A program made the position numbers and the translations under genes. The notes under the pieces were generated by a model that was not told where the DNA came from, did not search any database, and saw only the letters and a program-made list of their open reading frames with translations. Shown here one piece after another: positions 8,866 through 17,496 of a stretch of 28,484 nucleotides of DNA. This stretch comes from an uncultured Bacilli bacterium (GTDB lineage Bacteria > Bacillota_I > Bacilli_A > RF39 > UBA660). Position 1 is the first letter of the stretch; each line of letters opens with the position of its first letter. The stretch spans positions 1-28,484 of the forward strand of contig CANQQV010000017.1 in NCBI GenBank assembly GCA_947626095.1, written 5' to 3'.

Positions 8866-9356
8866 TGCACATAACACATCCATTAGATCCTATCTATAAT
8901 AGCGAATCTAAAGTATTAATCTTAGGAACAATGCCTTCTGTAAAATCACGAGAAGTATCCTTTTATTATGGTCATCCTCAAAATAGATTTTGGCAAGTTT
9001 TATCTATAGTTTTTAACGAACAGATTGAGGATAACAAAGAAGCTAAAACAAATTTTTTATTAAATCATAATATCGCTTTATATGATGTCCTAAAAAGTTG
9101 TGATATCAAAGATTCTAGTGATAGTTCAATAAAAAATCCTGTTCCTAATAACTTTTCTAAAATCCTTCGTGATTCGCAAATTAAAACAGTATTTACAACT
9201 GGTAAAAAAGCTTATGATTTATACAATAAATATTGCTATCCAAAGACTAATATCAAAGCTATTCTTCTTCCTAGTCCCTCACCAGCAAATTGTAAATTTA
9301 CCATCGATGAATTATCCACATACTATAAAATTATAAAAGAAATTATTAACAATTAA
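8865..9356 (+). CDS. DNA-deoxyinosine glycosylase (UDG superfamily, family 6)
   Basis: LILGTMPSVKS, FYYGHPQNRFW, SSDSSI, LPSPSPAN; TAATG coupling to the upstream gene. Confidence 0.9.
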   Translation: MHITHPLDPIYNSESKVLILGTMPSVKSREVSFYYGHPQNRFWQVLSIVFNEQIEDNKEAKTNFLLNHNIALYDVLKSCDIKDSSDSSIKNPVPNNFSKILRDSQIKTVFTTGKKAYDLYNKYCYPKTNIKAILLPSPSPANCKFTIDELSTYYKIIKEIINN

Positions 9357-9380
9357 TCAGATTTAATAATCTGATTTTTT
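9355..9380 (+). terminator. Intrinsic terminator
   Basis: AATCAGATT-TAAT-AATCTGATT plus T tract. Confidence 0.8.
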
Positions 9381-9456
9381 ATTGTAATTAACATAATCGT
9401 TATTGAAGCAAGTTTAGTTATTTAGTATAATTAAAAATAGTAGGGAAGTGCAAATA

Positions 9457-9867
9457 ATGAGTTCTGATAATATTAACACAAAAGATAATTTAATCAAAAA
9501 GATTCATATCTATAAGGATAATTTTACTAAAGAACAATTAGATGAATATGAAAATACCATTTTTACTAACAAAGTATCTCGTAAAAAAAGAGCTGAATTA
9601 GAATTAGCTCGTTTAAAAATCGAATTAAGTAACCTAGAATCAGTTGATCCTTCTGCATATGAAGAGTATTTAAATTTATGTAAATTGCTTCAAGTTGCCA
9701 GCTTTGACCCTAGTGTTATCGATGAAATATATTCCCGTTTAGTTAAACTTCAATTAACTAATAATTTAAGTATTCGTTTATATTCAGCTATTTCTAAACT
9801 TTATGACGAATTAACTACTAGTAGTACTTTAACTAAAGCTCCCGAAACAGAAAAGAGGGCGAGATAA
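9457..9867 (+). CDS. Hypothetical alpha-helical protein; first gene of five-gene operon
   Basis: AGGGAAG RBS favours ATG 9457; TATAAT at 9426-9431; TAATG overlap with the next gene. Confidence 0.75.
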   Translation: MSSDNINTKDNLIKKIHIYKDNFTKEQLDEYENTIFTNKVSRKKRAELELARLKIELSNLESVDPSAYEEYLNLCKLLQVASFDPSVIDEIYSRLVKLQLTNNLSIRLYSAISKLYDELTTSSTLTKAPETEKRAR

Positions 9868-11492
9868 TGGATTCACCTAATAATGTAATGATTAATTTTA
9901 TTGCTAAACTAAATGAATATATTAGCACACTCGAAAGAAAAGCAACCGAAACTGAAAATGTATATAATGCCCATAATTATTTAATGAGTAATTATAATCA
10001 AGGAGCTAGTGCTTATGAAAGAATTTCTTCAATACCATTAGATAAAGTAATGGAAATATTATATACTTTCGAGTCAAACCCAATATATACTAAAACAGAA
10101 ATTGAAAATGCTCTTAAATTTTGTCGTATTTGTGAAACAACTCCATCATATAAAGAATTTGAAAGATACAAAGAATTAAATGGTATATTAGAAAATATAA
10201 ATCAAATATTTACTCGCCATATTTTTAGTAATCGAAATGAAATTAATATTAATCGTGTTAAAAATGCTCAAGCTCAAGTTAAAAAATTTCGTGATTTAAG
10301 ATCATTTATTAATGGGACTATAACTGATTATAAACTCGAACCACTAGAGTCTTATTATTTTGAATATGCTAATTTAGCTGATGAAGAATGGCTTGAAGTA
10401 TATTTTAATTTAACAATGATTAACATTGAAAATTATAAACGCCAAGAAGATGAATTACGCGAAACAATAAAAGCTAAAGAAGAACAAAGAAGAGCTATTA
10501 TGGCCAAAGCCCTAGAAGACAAGATTCTAAGTTCAATACCTAAAGAAGATGCTATAGTTTTAAATCCTAATGGCGCAAATCCGTCAATTACTGAGGAACC
10601 AGAAGAAGAAATAACTGAACCAGTTGTTGAAGAAAAAGATGCTGATAATGGTCGTCCATTATCTAGTAACGAAGAAATAAGTCAACAACTAGCTATTTTA
10701 CGTGAAAAATATAAAACATATAAATACTTAGGCAAAATAACACCAACCTTGCGTGATAGTTTTGAGATAAATCTTGATTTTCAAAATATTGATCAATCAA
10801 TTGAAGGTATTAAAATTGCTTATAATACAAGCACTTATCATAAATTCTTATTCTTTTGTTTCTTCAAGAAATACGAAACTATTCTAAGAGATGTTCAAGA
10901 ATCATATACAGAAGACTTTGATGAATACGTTAAATTTATTTTAGAAGATATAAAACAAGCGTTAGATTTTATTAATCGTCTTGAACAGGAATTAGCTTTA
11001 GAAGAACAAGAATTAGCCCAAGCTAATGAAAGTGAACTTCCTCAAGTCGAAGAAGTAGAAAAACCATATAAATTAATCTTCTACAATAACAATAGTACAA
11101 CTTCAGAAATTGAAAAGAATCTTAAAAGTATGACTCCTGAAAAAATAAAAGACTTAGTTTCATTACTTTCTCGAATAGAAGAAGGACGTTTTGAAAATGT
11201 CGGAAGTCTTAATAAAAAAACAAAGACTAGTTTTAGATTATTGGTGGGTCAATACGTTTTTGTTACCTTTAGAATTTTACCAAATAATCACATTTTAGTC
11301 TTTACATCAAGTTCATTAGACGAACTAAATAATAATAGTGTTGATAATCGTTTAGCAGCTTATGACTTAAATTATGAAAAGAAAGTAAATTCTATTATTA
11401 AAGATGGAACATTAGAATATCGTAAATTAGTTAAACAAAGTGATGATATTCATGAATTAGTCTTTAGTCAAGTATTAGGAAAAGGTGTCTAA
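9867..11492 (+). CDS. Hypothetical coiled-coil protein with an acidic linker and a C-terminal RelE/Gp49-like domain
   Basis: 541 aa; E/K-rich heptads; region from 11061 (KLIFY..SEIEKNLKSM..LLSRIEEG..FRLLVG..VTFRILPNNHILVF) follows the RelE-fold pattern by eye. Confidence 0.6.
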   Translation: MDSPNNVMINFIAKLNEYISTLERKATETENVYNAHNYLMSNYNQGASAYERISSIPLDKVMEILYTFESNPIYTKTEIENALKFCRICETTPSYKEFERYKELNGILENINQIFTRHIFSNRNEININRVKNAQAQVKKFRDLRSFINGTITDYKLEPLESYYFEYANLADEEWLEVYFNLTMINIENYKRQEDELRETIKAKEEQRRAIMAKALEDKILSSIPKEDAIVLNPNGANPSITEEPEEEITEPVVEEKDADNGRPLSSNEEISQQLAILREKYKTYKYLGKITPTLRDSFEINLDFQNIDQSIEGIKIAYNTSTYHKFLFFCFFKKYETILRDVQESYTEDFDEYVKFILEDIKQALDFINRLEQELALEEQELAQANESELPQVEEVEKPYKLIFYNNNSTTSEIEKNLKSMTPEKIKDLVSLLSRIEEGRFENVGSLNKKTKTSFRLLVGQYVFVTFRILPNNHILVFTSSSLDELNNNSVDNRLAAYDLNYEKKVNSIIKDGTLEYRKLVKQSDDIHELVFSQVLGKGV

Positions 11493-11493
11493 T

Positions 11494-11691
11494 ATGGAAA
11501 ATATAAGAAGACAAGTTATTTCCTTAATATATCAAATAACTAAAGAAATCAATGAACGAAATATTGAAGTATTACCATTATGTGATAGGTTATATCTTAG
11601 TTCTGAAGAGTTTTTAGATTTAATGAATAATCCTAAAAATAACTTATCACTATATATCGAAATATTAGAGGAGGTGCGAAATGAAAGATAA
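11494..11691 (+). CDS. Small XRE/Cro-like helix-turn-helix protein
   Basis: KEINERNIEVLPLCDRLYLSSEEFLDLMNNPKNNLSLYIEILEEV has XRE helix spacing; AAAGGTG RBS before ATG 11494. Confidence 0.55.
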   Translation: MENIRRQVISLIYQITKEINERNIEVLPLCDRLYLSSEEFLDLMNNPKNNLSLYIEILEEVRNER

Positions 11692-13552
11692 TGATGCTAT
11701 CTTTTTAAAAGAAATAGTTAAATTAGTTGGTAAAAGAATTAAAGAAATAAATGCCTCAATTGCTAATTCTAACGAATGTCTTAAAAAGACCGATGAATAT
11801 GATATGTTAATTAAACATATTCGTGAAAATAATACCTGTTTTGCTTCTACTGACTTTAAAAATAGAATTTTATCAGCATTAAATAGCGTTGAATTAAAAG
11901 ATAAAACTATTTTAGATAAAACTATTAAAACCTTAGATTACATATGTACCTTAGCAGAATGTATTGAAAATGGCCTTTTTAGTCAATACAAAGAATCTGA
12001 ATTAGCTCAAATCGAAGAAATAATCAAAGCAATTGAACAAATAAAAACCATTTCTATTTCTGAAAATGATTCGTATCGCCAAATTGTTTCGAAGAAAACA
12101 ACTGAATTAAATTTATGTGAATCATTGTATGATAAATTACGTAAAGGTGATGAAGGACTATTCCACTTCCAAGGTCAAGAAATAACTTATTTACTAAGCT
12201 TATTATCTAGTAAAGATAAAGAATATCGTTGCCGTGTCTTAAATTTAATCAATTATATGGAAACTCAGATTCATGAAAATAATCTAGAATTTTTAAATGC
12301 TAATATTGAAAGTATAGAAGAACAAAAACAAATTGAAGAAATTGATGAAGAATTAATTATTTCACTATTCAATAAGTATAATTTTGATTTTTCTATCTTT
12401 ACTGAAAAACAAAAAACAATTTTAAGAACTAGATGTGATTTAAGCCATATTGAAGAGGTACTTGGTGTCTTATCAGCATATCCTGAATACGACTTTGTAA
12501 AACAGTATGGTAAAAATCATAATATTAATGAAAAAGTAAGAGCTCAAATTATTAGAAAACTATTCTTTATTATTCGTTTCGCTTCTAAAGAAACTTTAGA
12601 ATATATTATTAATGATGCAAAAACTCGTGGCGTAGGTGTTGAAACTATCTTTGGCGTTAGTGGTGTTTATAAAAAAGTATCTAAATCTAGAGAAAACCAT
12701 ACACCAGGTGGTGAACACACTGATGATGATTACGAAAGTGGTTCATATGAATATTATAAAATAAACGCTAATTTATTTGATCGTTTATCAGACGAATATA
12801 ATCAAAAACATCCTAATGCTAATATCAATTTATATCGTCAGATTCTTGAAAGATCTCCAGATGTTTTAGCTACTCCACCAGGAGTTATAACAAGAAATAT
12901 TAAATTAGCAGCTCAATATGGTATAGATTTAATTGATGAAAAACAATTCATTAAAGCTCCTACTGTTTTAACATCTCGTGGCTTTATTCATTTAGTTGAT
13001 GTCTTAATCGAAAATAGTGATAAAAAGAATAATTTCTATAATTACATATGTAGATATATGTCAGTCTTAAAAGAAGAAAAGACTATTAAAAAGATTTTAT
13101 ATAAATTATATTCTGGTTCTGCAGTATCTATCGTAAATCCTAATACTAATCAATTAATGGGAATTCGTAGTGAAGGAGAACCAATCGATTTAGAGGAAGT
13201 AGTAAGTCGTAATAACATTGAAAAATTATTTACTAATATTCCTGATAGTTTAATAACATACATTGATGAACATGAATATGAAATTGATAGTTTTATTCAA
13301 GATGACTATATTACTCGTTTAGATAATGATCCTAGTGTTGGTCAAGAAAATCATGCTTACATTATTAATGGCGTTCGTGTCTCTATATTAAAATTTAAAC
13401 GTATTTGGACCTTAATCATGTCAAGTGGTCAAGCTAATAATATCGATAAAAATGACTTATTTATGTTAGCTTTAACATATAATAGTTATTATCGTGATGT
13501 TGATTTAGAAGCTTTAAAACAATATGTTAATTCTTTAGGACTAAAGGGGTGA
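11681..13552 (+). CDS. Hypothetical large helical protein with coiled-coil N-terminus and mTERF-like helical repeats
   Basis: 623 aa; GGAGG RBS; ILERSPDVLATPPGVITRNIKLAAQYGID and FIKAPTVL resemble mTERF motifs. Confidence 0.6.
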   Translation: MKDNDAIFLKEIVKLVGKRIKEINASIANSNECLKKTDEYDMLIKHIRENNTCFASTDFKNRILSALNSVELKDKTILDKTIKTLDYICTLAECIENGLFSQYKESELAQIEEIIKAIEQIKTISISENDSYRQIVSKKTTELNLCESLYDKLRKGDEGLFHFQGQEITYLLSLLSSKDKEYRCRVLNLINYMETQIHENNLEFLNANIESIEEQKQIEEIDEELIISLFNKYNFDFSIFTEKQKTILRTRCDLSHIEEVLGVLSAYPEYDFVKQYGKNHNINEKVRAQIIRKLFFIIRFASKETLEYIINDAKTRGVGVETIFGVSGVYKKVSKSRENHTPGGEHTDDDYESGSYEYYKINANLFDRLSDEYNQKHPNANINLYRQILERSPDVLATPPGVITRNIKLAAQYGIDLIDEKQFIKAPTVLTSRGFIHLVDVLIENSDKKNNFYNYICRYMSVLKEEKTIKKILYKLYSGSAVSIVNPNTNQLMGIRSEGEPIDLEEVVSRNNIEKLFTNIPDSLITYIDEHEYEIDSFIQDDYITRLDNDPSVGQENHAYIINGVRVSILKFKRIWTLIMSSGQANNIDKNDLFMLALTYNSYYRDVDLEALKQYVNSLGLKG

Positions 13553-13556
13553 TTAG

Positions 13557-13868
13557 ATGTTTGAATTATTAGAAGGTTTTGATTTATCAAACGAAACTAT
13601 TAAAACTCTAGAAAAAATATGTTCAGATAACGAAAAAAAAGAATTAGAAAACTGTATTGACCGTTTCTATTCTTCTATTATGTATCTTAGAGAAATTGGT
13701 GTTACAAATAACACTATTGAGCAGATTATCTTAACTGATCATCATATCTTATTAGCTGGTAAAGAAAATATTCAACGAGCATTATCAAAAATATCTAATC
13801 TTAATGCTTATGTTTCTTTATTAAATAATGATATAAGTTATATGGATAATTTAAAAAATAAAAACTAA
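13557..13868 (+). CDS. Small hypothetical protein with an mTERF-like motif
   Basis: IMYLREIGVTNNTIEQIILTDHHILLAGKENIQRAL; AGGGGTG RBS. Confidence 0.6.
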   Translation: MFELLEGFDLSNETIKTLEKICSDNEKKELENCIDRFYSSIMYLREIGVTNNTIEQIILTDHHILLAGKENIQRALSKISNLNAYVSLLNNDISYMDNLKNKN

Positions 13869-13897
13869 AAAGATGATAAATTATTATCATCTTTTTT
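13867..13897. terminator. Bidirectional intrinsic terminator between the convergent operon and uvrB
   Basis: AAAAAGATGATAA-ATTA-TTATCATCTTTTT. Confidence 0.85.
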
Positions 13898-15851
13898 ATT
13901 CGCTTTTCATTTCAAATAAGATATCTCTTAATTCCATAGCTCTTTCAAAGTCTAATTGTTTAGCAGCTTCTTTCATTTCTTCTTCTATCTTAATTTGTAA
14001 TGCTTCTTTATCTTTCTTACTCATCTTAGGTTTATCTTTCGCACCATTAGTCTCCTCCACAACATTACTAACAACTTCTCTTATTTCTTTAATAATCGTC
14101 TTTGGTACAATACCATGTTCTTTATTATATTCTTCTTGTATCTTACGACGACGAGCAGTTTCCGTAATTGCTTCTTCCATCGCTTCACTAATAATATCAC
14201 CATACATAATTACATGGCCATTTTCATTTCTGGCACATCTACCAATTGTTTGAATTAAACTACGACTACTTCTTAAGAAACCTTGTTTGTCAGCATCCAT
14301 AATACATATTAAACTAACTTCCGGAATATCAATACCTTCTCTAAGTAAGTTAATACCAACAACTACGTCGTATTTACCCATTCTTAATTCTTGAATAATT
14401 TTAAGTCTTTCTAAAGTCTTAACTTCATTATGTAGATAAGCTACCTTAATACCAACATCTTTTAAGTAATTAGTTAATTCTTCAGCCATTCTAATTGTTA
14501 ATGTTGTAATTAAAACTCTTTCGTTCTTTTCTTTTCTTATATTAATTTGTTCAATAATATCATCTATCTGGCCCTCAGTAGGTTTAACTTCAATCGTTGG
14601 ATCAAGTAATCCAGTTGGTCTTATTATCTGTTCAACATATTGTTGATTAGTCTTTTCAAGCTCGTAATCACCAGGAGTTGCTGATATGTATATTGCTTGA
14701 TTTATCTTACTTTCAAACTCATCATATTTTAGTGGACGATTATCCAAAGCACTAGGTAATCTAAATCCATAATCAACCAGCGTTTGTTTACGCATTCTAT
14801 CCCCATTATACATTCCTCTAACCTGTGGTAATGTCACATGTGATTCATCAACAACTAATAAAAAATCATCAGGAAAGAAATCGATCAAACAAGATGGTGT
14901 TTCACCTTCAGCTCTTAAAGCTAAATGTCTTGAGTAGTTTTCAACTCCACTACAAAAACCTGTTTCTTTAAGCATCTCTAAATCATAATTAGTTCTTTCT
15001 TTTAATCTTTGTTCTTCAATTAACTTATTATTGTTATGTAATACTTCTAATCGATTTTTAAGTTCAGCTTCAATACGTCTTATTGCTTCTTGTAACTTAT
15101 CTGGACCAGTTACAAAGTGCGAAGCAGGGAAGATACTAATTGTTTTCTTATTGGCTATTACTACTCCTGTTAAAGGATCAAATGTTGTAATACGATCAAC
15201 TTCATCACCAAATAATTCGATCTTTATTCCATGTGATTTTTCATTAACAGGTATTATATCAATTGAATCTCCACGTACTCTAAAAGTTCCTCGATGGAAA
15301 TCCAAATCATTTCTTTCATAAGTCATATCAATTAATTTATTAATAATATCATTTCTCTTTATGGTATCGCCCACATTTAAAGTAAGCATCATTTTTTCAT
15401 ATTCTTCTTTTTCGCCAATACCATATATACAAGATACTGAAGCAACTACTATAACATCACGGTTATTAATTAAAGCACTAGTAGCACCATGTCTTAGTTC
15501 ATCTATCTCATCATTAATAGAGGCGTCTTTTTCAATATAAGTATCACTTTGTGGTACATAAGCTTCTGGTTGATAATAATCATAATAAGATACAAAGTAC
15601 TCAACATGGTTCTCAGGAAACAACTCTTTAAACTCTGCATAAAGTTGACCAGCTAAGGTCTTATTATGAGCCAAAACAAGCGTCGGTTTATTAACTTTTG
15701 CAATAACATTGGCGATCGTAAAAGTTTTACCAGTACCCGTTGCACCCAGTAAAACCTGCTCTTTCTTGCCTTCGTTGATACCTTTAACTAACTCATCAAT
15801 CGCCTTAGGTTGATCACCACTTGGTTTATATTTCGATACTAATTTAAACAT
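13896..15851 (-). CDS. uvrB: Excinuclease ABC subunit B
   Basis: GATGTGKT Walker [34 protein letters not shown]-terminal UVR domain [11 protein letters not shown]; AAGGAGG RBS places the start at 15851. Confidence 0.98.
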   Translation of the reverse strand: MFKLVSKYKPSGDQPKAIDELVKGINEGKKEQVLLGATGTGKTFTIANVIAKVNKPTLVLAHNKTLAGQLYAEFKELFPENHVEYFVSYYDYYQPEAYVPQSDTYIEKDASINDEIDELRHGATSALINNRDVIVVASVSCIYGIGEKEEYEKMMLTLNVGDTIKRNDIINKLIDMTYERNDLDFHRGTFRVRGDSIDIIPVNEKSHGIKIELFGDEVDRITTFDPLTGVVIANKKTISIFPASHFVTGPDKLQEAIRRIEAELKNRLEVLHNNNKLIEEQRLKERTNYDLEMLKETGFCSGVENYSRHLALRAEGETPSCLIDFFPDDFLLVVDESHVTLPQVRGMYNGDRMRKQTLVDYGFRLPSALDNRPLKYDEFESKINQAIYISATPGDYELEKTNQQYVEQIIRPTGLLDPTIEVKPTEGQIDDIIEQINIRKEKNERVLITTLTIRMAEELTNYLKDVGIKVAYLHNEVKTLERLKIIQELRMGKYDVVVGINLLREGIDIPEVSLICIMDADKQGFLRSSRSLIQTIGRCARNENGHVIMYGDIISEAMEEAITETARRRKIQEEYNKEHGIVPKTIIKEIREVVSNVVEETNGAKDKPKMSKKDKEALQIKIEEEMKEAAKQLDFERAMELRDILFEMKSE

Positions 15852-15885
15852 AAGTTCCTCCTTGATATGACCATAGTCAACCACC

Positions 15886-16190
15886 AAATTCGTATTTTTG
15901 CTAAAAAAATTCGTATCCAAAGTAGTAAAAAAAATAGAAAAAATTAATGGAAACGAATAGTAAACACTATTTGGCCACAAATTTACTCAATAACACTATG
16001 TGTTACATCCGAACATATTCTAACACTGAATAACACACAAAACAATAAAACTTATATAAATATTATAGCCAAATTGCTCTATTAAAAGACAAAAATTACT
16101 AAAAAAGTTTTTTTATTCACTACAAGAATTAAATATTAGATAAAACATTGCGACCAGTGGTCACGAAGTTAATAATTTACTAACACTATG
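15886..16190. repeat. Cluster of short repeats in the uvrB/16319 divergent intergenic region
   Basis: AAATTCGTAT at 15886 and 15907; TAACAC at 15991, 16021, 16031 and 16181; TAACAC-TAT-GTGTTA palindrome at 15991-16005. Confidence 0.7.
16062..16092 (-). promoter_or_regulatory. Possible sigma-A promoter for uvrB
   Basis: Minus-strand TTGTCT-N19-TATAAT; spacer is longer than ideal. Confidence 0.35.
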
Positions 16191-16318
16191 GTAAAGTCAG
16201 TTTTTGGTAAGCTATATATACTACAACTGTCAAGAATCTCTCTCTTATTTGTCTAAATGTTTAAAAACATGAAAACCTATGTTAAACTTAAATTATTAAA
16301 TATATAAGAGGTGTTTAT

Positions 16319-17056
16319 ATGAATGTTAGTCCTTTCTTTGCTGCTTTTTCCGTCATTATTTTTATGTTTATTTCAATAATAACTTTTATCGCGCCTATTT
16401 TTCTTTACTATTGTTTAATAATGGCTTTAGTTAATGGGATAAAACGAAAAAAAACTTATAATTACTTTAAACAACAAACTGTTGTTACCAATCCTCAGGA
16501 TAATATAATTGAATCTAAAAAGAACATATATATTGACGTTGATAAAAATAAATTAAAGACTTTTAATACAGATGACATTAATGCTTTAAAAGATTATTTT
16601 TATGATATATTTTATAAATTTGAAACTGCCTATAATAATTTAGACTATAATACGATGAAATTACTTACTACTAGCCAGTTATATAACAATTATCATACTG
16701 GTATAACCTTAGATTTAAAGGTCGGTAAAAAAAGAGTAATAAATGATATTCAAAGAATTAATGTTATTCTCTATGAATTAGATAGTACTCCTACTAAACA
16801 AGTAGCTTCATTAATGATTGAAGTATCATATATTAATTACACCCTAGATAGTAAAGGCTATGTTATAAGTGGTAGCAAAGATAAATCAGTGAAAGAGAAA
16901 TTTGATGTTACTTTTAGAAAAGATTTTGAAAAGAAACAACTTACTAATTGCCCAAACTGTGGCGCTCATTTAGAAGGTAGTAAATGTTCTTATTGTGGTA
17001 GTGTTATCAAGGATGTTGAATTTAAAATAAGTTCTATTAAAAGAATTATTGGTTAG
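16319..17056 (+). CDS. Membrane-anchored Tim44-like domain protein with a C-terminal zinc ribbon
   Basis: N-terminal TM; FYKFETAYNNLDYNTMKLLTTSQLYNNY resembles Tim44-like domains; CPNCGA..CSYCG; TGTTAAACT extended -10; GAGGTG RBS. Confidence 0.75.
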   Translation: MNVSPFFAAFSVIIFMFISIITFIAPIFLYYCLIMALVNGIKRKKTYNYFKQQTVVTNPQDNIIESKKNIYIDVDKNKLKTFNTDDINALKDYFYDIFYKFETAYNNLDYNTMKLLTTSQLYNNYHTGITLDLKVGKKRVINDIQRINVILYELDSTPTKQVASLMIEVSYINYTLDSKGYVISGSKDKSVKEKFDVTFRKDFEKKQLTNCPNCGAHLEGSKCSYCGSVIKDVEFKISSIKRIIG

Positions 17057-17076
17057 GTGATAAATATCACCTTTTT
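17055..17076 (+). terminator. Intrinsic terminator
   Basis: AGGTGAT-AAAT-ATCACCT plus T tract. Confidence 0.75.
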
Positions 17077-17157
17077 AATTGTTTCTCATTTACATGTATT
17101 AACTTATATGTTAATATATTCTACTAAGAAAGAAACTTAAAGAGGAGGGTATCACCA

Positions 17158-17496
17158 TTGAATTTACTATATACTAAAAGTTTCGATAATACATCTAAAA
17201 AGTTAAGAAGTCATGCCAAAGAAAAGACTAATTTAAATAATATTAAATCCATCCTTGAATCAAGTACTGATTTTAACGAATTAAAAACTAACCCTTTAAT
17301 TAAATTTTATGGCTTTGAACAACTTAGATATCAACTAAATGAATTTTATTCGTTTAACTTAGATAAAGGTGGTGGTGTTATTAGGTTAATAATTAAACCA
17401 GATGAATTAAATTATAAAAACATTTATTTAATTTTTATTAGCTATAAGCATTATGATGATTTTTCTAAAGAAAGAGTGATATATTATGATGAATAA
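17158..17496 (+). CDS. HigB/RelE-like toxin
   Basis: GFEQLRYQLNEFYSFNLDKGGGVIRLIIKP and a terminal HY match the HigB (plasmid-killer) pattern; TTG start after GGAGGG; toxin-first order. Confidence 0.7.
   Translation: MNLLYTKSFDNTSKKLRSHAKEKTNLNNIKSILESSTDFNELKTNPLIKFYGFEQLRYQLNEFYSFNLDKGGGVIRLIIKPDELNYKNIYLIFISYKHYDDFSKERVIYYDE

Noticed and set aside
10587-10635. ITEEPEEEITEP mini-repeat
   Set aside because: Low-complexity acidic linker, not a regular tandem repeat
13873-15321. Plus-strand ORFs 13873-14253 and 15031-15321
   Set aside because: Antisense to the conserved uvrB; 13873 starts inside a terminator hairpin
15852-15980. 43-aa N-terminal extension of UvrB from TTG 15980
   Set aside because: A strong AAGGAGG RBS precedes ATG 15851, and UvrB homology begins at MFKLVS
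16010-16023. Canonical LexA (Cheo) box
   Set aside because: Only one half-site matches (GAAC-ATAT-TCTA versus GAAC-N4-GTTC); not called as a feature
15961-16040. CRISPR-like array from the TAACAC periodicity
   Set aside because: Repeats are only 6-10 bp, too few, and no cas genes are present
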